Assembly (NCBI GenBank): GCA_038042445.1 | Contig: JBBTED010000050.1 | Coordinates: forward strand, 1 to 34,694 | Direction: 5' to 3' | Source of the DNA: Candidatus Firestoneibacteriota bacterium | GTDB taxonomy: Bacteria; Oederibacteriota; D2-FULL-39-29; JBBTED01 | Length of the DNA: 34,694 bases | Shown: positions 26,530 to 34,694 of the stretch, in pieces | Numbering within the stretch: the stretch's first letter is position 1 | Layout: each line of letters starts with the position of its first letter | Program-made: the position numbers and the translations under genes | The notes under the pieces: generated by a model | The model's database searches: none | Told to the model about the DNA's origin: nothing | Seen by the model: only the letters and a program-made list of their open reading frames with translations

Positions 26530-28812
26530 ATGCTTAATATTTGTGGGATATTAATATTTTTCACTAATTTTTTCGTTTATCTAAAAACATTAACACCTAC
26601 AGTATATGTAGGAGACAGCGGAGAACTCATTGCAGCAGCTGCAAGTTTAGGTATTCCACATCCACCGGGATATCCATTATTTGTCTATTTAGGCAAATTA
26701 TTCTGTCTTATATTTCCGTTTGGTTCTATAGCATTTAGATTAAATTTAATGTCTGCTTTTTTCGCAGCAGCTGCTGCTGCACTTGTATATTTTTCAAGTG
26801 TCAATTTTTTAAAAATTGCATCATCATTTTCACAAAACAACCCACAAAAAAAGCAAAAAACAAAAATTATTGCTGAATTAAATCAACCTGTAACATCTAA
26901 CACTGAAATCAATTGGATAATCTTAATACCTTCAGTTTTCTCTTCATTAATTTTGGCTTTCTCAAGATTATATTGGTCACACGCTGTTTTCGCTGAAGTA
27001 TTTGCCTTAAATGCATTTATGGCAAGTCTAACTCTTTTTTTACTCATAAAAATAGGTATTTCTAAAAGCATTTCCCTCCCTGATAAGGGAGGGTTAGGGT
27101 GGGTTAATAAAGCCTCAAATGATAACCGTATACTATATTTGTTGATTTTTACTTATGGACTAAGTTTATGTAATCACCACACTATACTTCTTGTATTACC
27201 AGCTTATCTTTATTTGCTATGGATATACAAAAAGAAACTTCATCCAAACTGGAATATCTCATATTTATTATGCATATTAGTTTTTTTTCTTGGATTAGCA
27301 TTATATATTCATCTACCAATAGCCGCAAAAAATAATAACCTTATAAACTGGGGAAACCCTAGTAATTGGGAAAGATTTTTTAGAACAATAACAAGAGCAG
27401 ACTATGGGGGAACATTTTCTATTAATCCGGTAATTAATTCTATAACAAATATAAAATTTTTCATAGACAGACTCTGGATATATATATTCACTCTTTCAAA
27501 AGAATTTATTTTTATAGGATTTATTTTTGGATTACTTGGTTTTTGGTTTGACCGCACAAGATTTTTACTTCTTTTATTTATATGCACAGGCTTAAGTTTC
27601 CCACTATTACTTACTACACCCGTATACCCAAGCCAACAAATTTTAATTGAAAGATTTTATATTATATCAATGCCGTTTTTTGCAATAAGTATGAGCTATG
27701 GAATCAGCAATTTGTTCACAAAGTTCAAACAAAAAATTCGGATTTTCAGTGTTTTAATTTTACTCATAATTGTAGTCTTTCAATTAAGTTCTAATTATTT
27801 TAAAAATGATAGAAGCAAAAATACTTTAGTATTTGATTACGGAATGAATATATTAAAATCATTGCCTCATAATGCTATTTTATTTTTAAGTGAAGGTGAT
27901 GCAATTGTTAATTCATTAGTTTATTTAAACCTAATAGAAAGCATCAGGCCAGATGTAAACATCTATGAAGCAGAAGTAAGAATATTCAAAAATATTTATG
28001 GTAATGACTACATAGGTCTATCTAAACCACAAAGAAATTTAAGACGTGAAATGGTATATAAACAATTTATCTCAGAATCCAAAAGACCTATATATTTTTC
28101 AACACAGGGAAGAACAACTATTGAAGGTATTGAATTAGAACCTTATGGTATAACTTTTAGGTCAAAATTTAAAACTGACTTGAAGAGTCATTCCTTCACT
28201 TCGTTCAGGACAGGCTCTGAGCAAAGCGAAAGATCTCAGGCTAATACTGATATGATATGGCAAATGTATAGATTTGAAAGGGTTTATGACTCAGATATTC
28301 CAAAAGACTATAGAGCACGTACTTTAGTTGCAAATTATCATTATTATTTAGCAGAATCTTATTTTGCAAAAGGTAAAACAGAAGAAGGTATCATAGAATT
28401 TAAAGAAACTACCAAAATTGCTTATGATATGGAATGGATACTAAATAACATCGGAAATATCTATGGCAAATTGAACTTGCCAGAAGAAGAAATCAAAGCG
28501 TATGAATATTCAATTAAGATAAATCCCTACATGCCAGAAGCACATTACAACTTAGGAATATCTTATGATAAAAAAGGTGAATACAATCATGCAATTATTC
28601 AGTATGAAAATGCTATAGAAATAAAACCAGATTATACAAAAGCAATATGGAATTTAGCAAGATTATATTATATGCGATTCATAAATCAGCATATTGAACA
28701 AGACAGAATTTCAGCAATTAATTTATTTGAAAAATATATCAGATATTCGCCCTATGATCAGGAAGGAATAAAACAAGCAAAAAATATAATTTATTCACTA
28801 AGTGGACACTAA
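26530..28812 (+). CDS. DUF2723 / TMEM260-like GT-C glycosyltransferase with C-terminal TPRs
   Basis: GDSGELIAAAASLGIPHPPGYP, RLNLMSA, WSHAVFAEVFAL, NHHT, NWGNP, GD motif; TPR repeats. Confidence 0.9.
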   Translation: MLNICGILIFFTNFFVYLKTLTPTVYVGDSGELIAAAASLGIPHPPGYPLFVYLGKLFCLIFPFGSIAFRLNLMSAFFAAAAAALVYFSSVNFLKIASSFSQNNPQKKQKTKIIAELNQPVTSNTEINWIILIPSVFSSLILAFSRLYWSHAVFAEVFALNAFMASLTLFLLIKIGISKSISLPDKGGLGWVNKASNDNRILYLLIFTYGLSLCNHHTILLVLPAYLYLLWIYKKKLHPNWNISYLLCILVFFLGLALYIHLPIAAKNNNLINWGNPSNWERFFRTITRADYGGTFSINPVINSITNIKFFIDRLWIYIFTLSKEFIFIGFIFGLLGFWFDRTRFLLLLFICTGLSFPLLLTTPVYPSQQILIERFYIISMPFFAISMSYGISNLFTKFKQKIRIFSVLILLIIVVFQLSSNYFKNDRSKNTLVFDYGMNILKSLPHNAILFLSEGDAIVNSLVYLNLIESIRPDVNIYEAEVRIFKNIYGNDYIGLSKPQRNLRREMVYKQFISESKRPIYFSTQGRTTIEGIELEPYGITFRSKFKTDLKSHSFTSFRTGSEQSERSQANTDMIWQMYRFERVYDSDIPKDYRARTLVANYHYYLAESYFAKGKTEEGIIEFKETTKIAYDMEWILNNIGNIYGKLNLPEEEIKAYEYSIKINPYMPEAHYNLGISYDKKGEYNHAIIQYENAIEIKPDYTKAIWNLARLYYMRFINQHIEQDRISAINLFEKYIRYSPYDQEGIKQAKNIIYSLSGH
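27072..27105. repeat. Family C repeat, in frame (SLPDKGGLGWV)
   Basis: TTCCCTCCCTGATAAGGGAGGGTTAGGGTGGGTT; 33/34 identical to 30041-30074. Confidence 0.92.
28187..28237. repeat. Nested family A repeat, in frame (SHSFTSFRTGSEQSERS)
   Basis: GTCATT[CCTTCACTTCGTTCAGGACAGGCT]CTGAGCAAAGCGAAAGATCTC, 51 bp. Confidence 0.85.
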
Positions 28813-28823
28813 AAAAAATATTT

Positions 28824-28976
28824 AAAATGCAAAATGCAGAACCAAAAATGACCCAAAGGGTCATCCTGAACTTGCTTCAGGATCTAAAAGAGATGCTGAA
28901 ATAAATTCAGCATGACAATATGGTCATTCTGAGCGAAGCGAAAAATCTCAAAATGCAAAACGTAAAATTGAAAACT
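28824..28976. repeat. Composite repeat cluster: heptamers, ATGACCC cap, family B, family A, heptamers
   Basis: AAAATGC x2; ATGACCCAAAGGGTCAT (28848-28864); family B (28860-28917); GTCATTCTGAGCGAAGCGAAAAATCTC (28923-28949); AAATGCA AAACGTA AAATTGA. Confidence 0.9.
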
Positions 28977-31490
28977 GTAACAGGTATTTTAATTTTCTTT
29001 ATTAGTTTATTTGTTTACTTAATAACTCTATGCCCTACTGTATATGTGGGCGACTGCGGAGAACTTACAACATCTGTTTATCAACTTGGTATAGCACATC
29101 CACCGGGATATCCTATTTACTGTATTCTTGGAAAAATATTCTGTGCTATTCCTTTTAGTAATATTGCATACCGTGTAAATTTTATGTCTGCGTTTTTTGC
29201 AGCAGCAAGTATAGTTTTATTATTTCTTTCACTTTTAAAAATACAAGGATTTCAAAATACCATTTTAGACTATTTTATTGCAGGCTCTGTTTCACTTATG
29301 TTTACATTTTCCAACACTTTCTGGTCCCAATCTGTTTTTGCAGAAGTCTACACTTTAAATATATTTTTTGTTGCACTCACATTTTATCTAATATTATCAC
29401 TAAAAAATACTATTGGTTTATATGTCTTTTCATTAATTTATGGTATTGGTTTAGCAAATCATAATACTTTAATGCTACTTGGGCCAATTTATATATTGTA
29501 CATAATATTTCATACAAAAACTCTGTCTTTAAAACCGAGAAATTTTATAATTTCATTATCTTTGGCTTTTCTTGGAATGTGTTTTTATTTCTATCTTCCA
29601 ATACGCTCACTTGCAAACCCTCTTGCAGATTGGGGAAATCCAGAAAATTTTAAAAATATTTTAGCGCATGTTTTAAGACAACAATATGGTTCACTTTCTG
29701 CAATTGAAAGATCATTTGCATTAACCATTAAACAACTTATTGCTTATTTAAAAATTTTAAACAATGAATTTACTGTATTACCATTAATTCTATCATTAAT
29801 TGGATTGGCTATATCTATCGTTAAAATTATACAAAAAAAAGAAGATGCAAAATTTACAGGTCTTATCACTTTATTGTTTTTATCTACAAGTATTGGTATG
29901 ATTCTTTTATTGAATTTTAAGGTAACAACACATGAGATAAATTCAGTAAAAGAATTTTTAATACCTTCATATTTTTTCGCTGCCATATTCATAGGAATAG
30001 CCATAAAATATATAATTTCAGTTGTAAAATCAAAATTTTCTTCCCTCCCTGATAAGGGATGGTTAGGGTGGGTTGCTATTGCCTTATGCACTACCGTAGT
30101 TATTACACCAATTCTTTCAAATTACAAAATAAATGATTTAAGTAAAAATTATATTGCTTATGATTATGGTATAAACACATTAAACACTTTAGACAATAGC
30201 ACTATTTTATTTTCTGCAGGTGATAGTGCCACATTTGTATTAATGTATCTTCAAATGGTAGAAAAACTAAGACAGGACTTATCCATTTACGACGATACAG
30301 GAGTAACATTCAAAAATATTTATGGTGAACGTTATTTAAAAATGTCTATACAAGAACACCAAATTCAAATGAATACAATTCAGCAACAAATATTAAATGC
30401 AAATCAAAAATCTGTGACTGAAAAGAATGGTGGAACCATATATTTCATTCTTGGAAGTAATTTACACAATATGCTTGGACTTTTGGCAAAACCAATAGGA
30501 ATAGTTTATAAAGTAGTGTCTAAAAATACACAACTAACGGACACACAAAATATATGGCAATTATACAAATTAAGAGGAATATATGATTCTACTTCAGACA
30601 AAGATTATTTAACAAAAGACTTAATTGCACAATATCATATTGCACTTGGAGAAAATTATTTTGATGCAGGTGATACAAATAATGCTAAATTAGAATATAA
30701 AAAAGCAAGTCAAATAGGTAAAGATATTGACGCAGTTCAAAGTGCAATAGCAAGTATTTTCACTAAAAAAGGCTTAATTGAGGAAGCTTTTGAAGGAAGC
30801 AAACTTGCTGTAGAAAGAAATCAATGGGATCCTGATTTGCACAATAATTTAGCAACTGCATATTTAGGTAAAGGAATGTTGGATGAAGCAATAAAAGAAT
30901 ACAAAAAAGCTTTAGAACTTAACCCTAAACTTTCAGAAGTATATAATAATCTTGGAATTACATATCTTCAAAAAGGTGATTACGAAAATGCGAAACTCTC
31001 ACTTTCTAAAGCTTGTATGCTCTCTCCAGCAGATGCACAAGTATATAATAATTTAGGTATGACTTATGCTAAACTTAATAATTTACCTCTTGCAGTTTCT
31101 GCTTATAAAAAAGCTTTAAGTATAAAACCAAATTATGTTGATGCTCATTTTAACCTTGGAAATATATATTTACGTAGTGGTGAAAATGATTTGGCACTAC
31201 AAGAATACAAATATGCAATATCATTAGCACCTACCAAAGCAGAAATATACAATAATACAGGTGTTGCTTATGGCAATAAAAAAGATTTTGACAATGCAAT
31301 AGAGTTTTATAAAAAAGCAATAGACGTAAATCCTAAATATGCAGAAGCATACAATAATCTTGCCGGCGCATATTACAACAAAGGTGATTTTAAAAAAGCA
31401 AAGCTCTTTTGGGAGAATACACTTAAATTAGACTCAACACATAAAGCAGCAAAAGAATATTTAATACAACTTGGAAATATTAGAAATTAA
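28920..31490 (+). CDS. Second DUF2723 / TMEM260-like GT-C glycosyltransferase with a longer TPR array
   Basis: GDCGELTTSVYQLGIAHPPGYP, WSQSVFAEVYTL, NHNT, DWGNP; about 7-8 TPRs; MVILSEAKNL is repeat-derived, so the true start may be ATG 28953. Confidence 0.9.
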   Translation: MVILSEAKNLKMQNVKLKTVTGILIFFISLFVYLITLCPTVYVGDCGELTTSVYQLGIAHPPGYPIYCILGKIFCAIPFSNIAYRVNFMSAFFAAASIVLLFLSLLKIQGFQNTILDYFIAGSVSLMFTFSNTFWSQSVFAEVYTLNIFFVALTFYLILSLKNTIGLYVFSLIYGIGLANHNTLMLLGPIYILYIIFHTKTLSLKPRNFIISLSLAFLGMCFYFYLPIRSLANPLADWGNPENFKNILAHVLRQQYGSLSAIERSFALTIKQLIAYLKILNNEFTVLPLILSLIGLAISIVKIIQKKEDAKFTGLITLLFLSTSIGMILLLNFKVTTHEINSVKEFLIPSYFFAAIFIGIAIKYIISVVKSKFSSLPDKGWLGWVAIALCTTVVITPILSNYKINDLSKNYIAYDYGINTLNTLDNSTILFSAGDSATFVLMYLQMVEKLRQDLSIYDDTGVTFKNIYGERYLKMSIQEHQIQMNTIQQQILNANQKSVTEKNGGTIYFILGSNLHNMLGLLAKPIGIVYKVVSKNTQLTDTQNIWQLYKLRGIYDSTSDKDYLTKDLIAQYHIALGENYFDAGDTNNAKLEYKKASQIGKDIDAVQSAIASIFTKKGLIEEAFEGSKLAVERNQWDPDLHNNLATAYLGKGMLDEAIKEYKKALELNPKLSEVYNNLGITYLQKGDYENAKLSLSKACMLSPADAQVYNNLGMTYAKLNNLPLAVSAYKKALSIKPNYVDAHFNLGNIYLRSGENDLALQEYKYAISLAPTKAEIYNNTGVAYGNKKDFDNAIEFYKKAIDVNPKYAEAYNNLAGAYYNKGDFKKAKLFWENTLKLDSTHKAAKEYLIQLGNIRN
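30041..30074. repeat. Family C repeat, in frame (SLPDKGWLGWV)
   Basis: TTCCCTCCCTGATAAGGGATGGTTAGGGTGGGTT. Confidence 0.92.
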
Positions 31491-32351
31491 TAATTTCAGC
31501 AATTCTATTCCATCTTCTAAAGTATCCAAATCTACTATACCAACTATAAATTTACCTGAAATACTTATCAGTATATTTTTATGATATGGATCTGATGCAC
31601 CTATAGTTTTATCACCTAAATTTATAATTTCTTTTATTACAGATTTATTTTTAATTAAATATTCTTTATAATCTTCAAAAGACTTACTTGCACCTTCAGG
31701 TTGATTGTATGAAACAAACACTTTACAATCTTTCTCTTTTATCTGATATTCAGCTTCCACACCTTTACCTAAAAACTTATGGCCTAATAATGCCTCTGGC
31801 ACATAGTGAATACTATGTTCTTTTAATCCTTGTTTTATCAGGTAATTTAATTCCTTTGGATATGCAATATCTCCTTTTAACTGTTTTGTAAAAATTTCAG
31901 AAAATCTAAGTAAAGTTTTTTCTGGTTCAAGGACATTCTCAGAATCAGCTTCAATTTTTACAAAATATTTTCCTTTGATAAAATATAAAACTGGAGCTTC
32001 TAAATACCCTTCTGTTCCAATTTTTAAAAACTCTCCGCTTTTCCCTATATAATATGAATAAATTCCAAAAGCATTTATAGAAGTCCCCATATCATATATA
32101 TCAATAGTTACATCCTGATTCTTTTTAGCTAAATTTCTATATATAGTAGTATTTAATTTTTTAAAACCATAACCTATATACATTTCCGCTTCGCCATCTA
32201 TATATTTATGCAAATCTTTAGAAGCATACAAAACAGGTTTCTTTAACTGCTTCCAATTATCAAACTTAACAGGAAACAAATTTTCGTTTGCCCCTACCCA
32301 ATTAGCTACACATATAAGAATTATTACAAAACTAAATATCTTATATTTCAT
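31461..32351 (-). CDS. Exported protein, DUF6599-like
   Basis: Signal peptide; LHKYIDGEAEMYIGYGF, DIYDMGTSINAFGIYS, FIKGKYFVKI. Confidence 0.7.
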   Translation of the reverse strand: MKYKIFSFVIILICVANWVGANENLFPVKFDNWKQLKKPVLYASKDLHKYIDGEAEMYIGYGFKKLNTTIYRNLAKKNQDVTIDIYDMGTSINAFGIYSYYIGKSGEFLKIGTEGYLEAPVLYFIKGKYFVKIEADSENVLEPEKTLLRFSEIFTKQLKGDIAYPKELNYLIKQGLKEHSIHYVPEALLGHKFLGKGVEAEYQIKEKDCKVFVSYNQPEGASKSFEDYKEYLIKNKSVIKEIINLGDKTIGASDPYHKNILISISGKFIVGIVDLDTLEDGIELLKLLISNISKLY

Positions 32352-32617
32352 ATTTTTTTGTGCATCAAATTACGGGAATGCAATTTAGCTTTATCTGTAT
32401 CAATATAATCGGTATATTGAGCTTTTTTAATTTGACTTTGTATTATTTTATCAAATTTATCCCATTCACTATCTGTTATAATAGATTCATCCCCAGAATG
32501 TTTCACTATCAAATGTCGTAATATGATTCTATCTTTTTCAGGTTTAAATTCCACTAAATCTCCAGAATGTATATTTGCTACTCTTCTTATCGATTCAGGT
32601 ATAGCAACTGTTCCTCT
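32348..32617 (-). pseudogene. 5'-truncated AbrB/MazE/SpoVT-family (antitoxin-like) gene
   Basis: The frame is open upstream of the GTG to a TAA at 32618-32620 and reads RGTVAIPESIRRVANIHSGDLVEFKPEKDRIILR, with no start codon before the domain. Confidence 0.75.
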
Positions 32618-32682
32618 TTAATAGCAAGCATACTTACTGCTGAGCTAATATTTCCAGTTTCACCAATAAATAATGTCTTCAT
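32587..32682 (-). pseudogene. N-terminal fragment of an SDR/NAD-dependent epimerase
   Basis: RBS AGGGGA, then MKTLFIGETGNISSAVSMLAIK... (degenerate GGTGxIS Rossmann motif); stops after 31 aa. Confidence 0.7.
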
Positions 32683-32704
32683 TGTTAATTATCATCCCCT
32701 TATC

Positions 32705-33853
32705 TTAATATTTTCCATATTTTTCACAAACTTCTAATAGTTTAAAAATATTTTCATCAGGTGTATCACGGCCACATTGATCTCCTGTGGAAAGAATATA
32801 CCCACCTCCATTCATAGCGTCATCTAAACACTTACGAGCTTTTTGTTCAATATCTCCAGCAGATAATTTCAACATTTCTATGGTATTAAGACCGCCCTTA
32901 AGAGCTATTTTCTTTCCAAATTTTTCTTTGAGTTCTTTAAGCTCACAATCTCCCATTGGATGCATCTCAAGTGGATCAATACAATTAAGATCCGTTTCAT
33001 TTGCTGCAAGTTCAACAAGAACACGTTCCTTACCACAACAATGAAGTGAAGTAATTATACCTGCGTCTTTTAATATTTTGGTTAGCCGTTTAAGCGTAGG
33101 AAAAGACAATTCTTTCATTATGTTTTCCGATTGCATTGTTATCAATCCTGAGGTTGAAAAAAACACAAAATCTGGATGCACATTTTGGTCAATAATTGCC
33201 TGCGCAATATTAATAAGATAATTTTCATGTAATTCAGTGATTTCAGTCAGCAAATCATGGTTATCATAATAATCAAAAAATGCAGCTTCTACAGGCTCAC
33301 GAACCCCGGATAATAATCTAGGCAAAGGAATAGAAAGCCCTACTACCCCTTTATCTCCCATATCTTCTTTGATTTTTTTATAAGTAGTAAAATGTATATT
33401 TTTAACATCACGAAAAAGCAAATATTTTAAGCATTCAAATTGTTTTTCAAAATTTGTTATAAATCTTTTTAATTCTGCAGGTGGATTATCATTAAAATAT
33501 ACTGTTTCATTAGTTAACTCTCCCGCTGGACATTTGAATGTGTTGCGTACAACAATTCGTTCTTCAGTTTGATTTATAATTTCGTCTTTTGTTTCTGTAT
33601 TTGGATTTGGTGGTATATCACAAATACCATGATGAGAAAATCCATCTATGCCAAAATATTGCACACATTCATTATATGCTTTCCATAGTGAAGGATTTTT
33701 GTAATAGAATATTTCCCAGAAAGGCTTTCCTGTCATCCTGGCAGGAATCATAAAATTCGTATCAGGAGCACAAGGCACCCTATCCGGAATACCACCTTTC
33801 ATTGCTATCAACATTCTTTCACGTTTTGTTAAAACCTTGTTAATTTCCAGCAT
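32705..33853 (-). CDS. Uroporphyrinogen decarboxylase superfamily protein (URO-D/MtaA-CmuA-like)
   Basis: LTKRERM...PDRVP, CPAGEL, LHCCG, KEKFGKKIALKGG, GGGYILSTGDQ...TPDEN. Confidence 0.88.
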   Translation of the reverse strand: MLEINKVLTKRERMLIAMKGGIPDRVPCAPDTNFMIPARMTGKPFWEIFYYKNPSLWKAYNECVQYFGIDGFSHHGICDIPPNPNTETKDEIINQTEERIVVRNTFKCPAGELTNETVYFNDNPPAELKRFITNFEKQFECLKYLLFRDVKNIHFTTYKKIKEDMGDKGVVGLSIPLPRLLSGVREPVEAAFFDYYDNHDLLTEITELHENYLINIAQAIIDQNVHPDFVFFSTSGLITMQSENIMKELSFPTLKRLTKILKDAGIITSLHCCGKERVLVELAANETDLNCIDPLEMHPMGDCELKELKEKFGKKIALKGGLNTIEMLKLSAGDIEQKARKCLDDAMNGGGYILSTGDQCGRDTPDENIFKLLEVCEKYGKY

Positions 33854-33885
33854 TTTCCCTTCCTCCTCTTCATCGTTAATTTACT

Positions 33886-34694
33886 CTACCAACGCATATA
33901 TGCGTACGGATTATCACGTAATTTCCGTGTATCCAGATAATGATTAACAAGATACCTCTTTGCCATAGGTACTTCTATATTAACAGGTCCTACAAAACCT
34001 GCATCCATTAAATTGTTATTTATACGAATTGTCAAAATATTCTCTTCTTTGCCGAATTTTAATAGCCCATCAGAAATACTGTAATGCCTTTCAGCCGCCC
34101 ACCAACCAACTGTTGATTTACTAGTCTCGCCTATTTTCTCTCCATTTAACCATGCTTCATCTGTATCATCTATTGCTCCTGCAAGAAATTCAAGTGGCAC
34201 ATTTTTGTATTTTTCCGCAACTTTAAATCGTAATCTATACCACACATCTCCTATATATCCATTCCAATCAGGTTGTATTTCTCCCCACATTCCCGGCACT
34301 TTCATATCACTCCACTCTTTACTTCTCTCATCTGTTTCTGCTTTCATCCATCCTTCTTTTGCTCCTACACCATTTTTGTCCTGTCTCACACGCCATATCC
34401 CATGAAGCGATATATCATTCATACCTCCTTCTGTAACTGAAAAACAGGGCAACCACGATACCCCACTTTTTATTCCACAATTTGTCATAACCTGTGATAT
34501 AAGCCGACTTGTATTTACTTTTGTAAATATTAAATCTGGCCTGTATTCAGGATTAAAATCTGACGGTGAAACTGATACCCATATCAATTCACCTTTTAAT
34601 ATAGACACTTGTGCTAATACTCCTGTATCTGTTTTCCATCCACCTACAGAAACATCCGCAATTACAGGTATTGTTTTGCGTTGTTTCCAATGAA
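33886..34694 (-). CDS. C-terminal part of a large glycoside-hydrolase-like protein with a beta-galactosidase-type jelly-roll domain (5' end outside the window)
   Basis: Frame stays open to the window edge (HWKQRKTIPVIADV...); VPGMW...GDVWYRLRF, GAIDDTDEAWLNGEKIG, ENILTIRI, C-terminal DNPYAYMRW. Confidence 0.75.
   Translation of the reverse strand, partial: HWKQRKTIPVIADVSVGGWKTDTGVLAQVSILKGELIWVSVSPSDFNPEYRPDLIFTKVNTSRLISQVMTNCGIKSGVSWLPCFSVTEGGMNDISLHGIWRVRQDKNGVGAKEGWMKAETDERSKEWSDMKVPGMWGEIQPDWNGYIGDVWYRLRFKVAEKYKNVPLEFLAGAIDDTDEAWLNGEKIGETSKSTVGWWAAERHYSISDGLLKFGKEENILTIRINNNLMDAGFVGPVNIEVPMAKRYLVNHYLDTRKLRDNPYAYMRW

Noticed and set aside
28920..28952. MVILSEAKNL as the true N-terminus of the second DUF2723 protein
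   Set aside because: It is a translation of a family A repeat, has no clear RBS, and the paralog aligns only from further downstream.
3072..34405. Other short ORFs antisense or out of frame to identified genes (e.g. 3727, 8758, 9605, 12863, 17317, 19095, 21786, 24692, 29744, 32787, 34205)
   Set aside because: They overlap well-supported genes, and the shared peptides such as LRFAQDD or SPLTPLFKRGG are only translations of the DNA repeats.

Overview
AT-rich chromosomal segment (roughly 30% GC by eye, not computed) from a diderm bacterium, judged from an Omp85/BamA-type barrel, a lipoprotein and a periplasmic Spy-like chaperone. The lineage cannot be fixed from sequence alone. Most genes lie on the minus strand. 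In order: a tandem two-domain O-antigen-ligase protein missing from the ORF track (runs off the left edge), nadD, a peptidase/PD40/Omp85 protein, tRNA-Met, envelope hypotheticals, malic enzyme-trpG-trpE-hisI, galK-galT, a Zn-dehydrogenase, transaldolase, a NodB deacetylase, an aldose 1-epimerase, radC, HU, recA, an AAA_14/DUF4143 ATPase, two DUF2723 (TMEM260-like) GT-C/TPR proteins, a DUF6599-like protein, a chimeric pseudogene, a URO-D family protein and a truncated glycosidase-like gene. Four signals stand out. (1) A candidate sphingolipid cluster: a serine palmitoyltransferase flanked by a CerR-like reductase and an Aur1/IPC-synthase-like PAP2 enzyme, with a consensus promoter and an attenuator-like leader. 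(2) Several families of short palindromic repeats that have inserted in frame into proteins or supply stop codons, shown by internal paralog comparison. (3) An unannotated 49-aa ORF carrying the DGRxLxYY N-terminus of long-form GalT, one A away from fusing with galT. (4) An ECF-type promoter and a leaderless promoter with a palindromic operator. No transposase, integrase or CRISPR array was seen. All family assignments come from motif recognition, not database searches.
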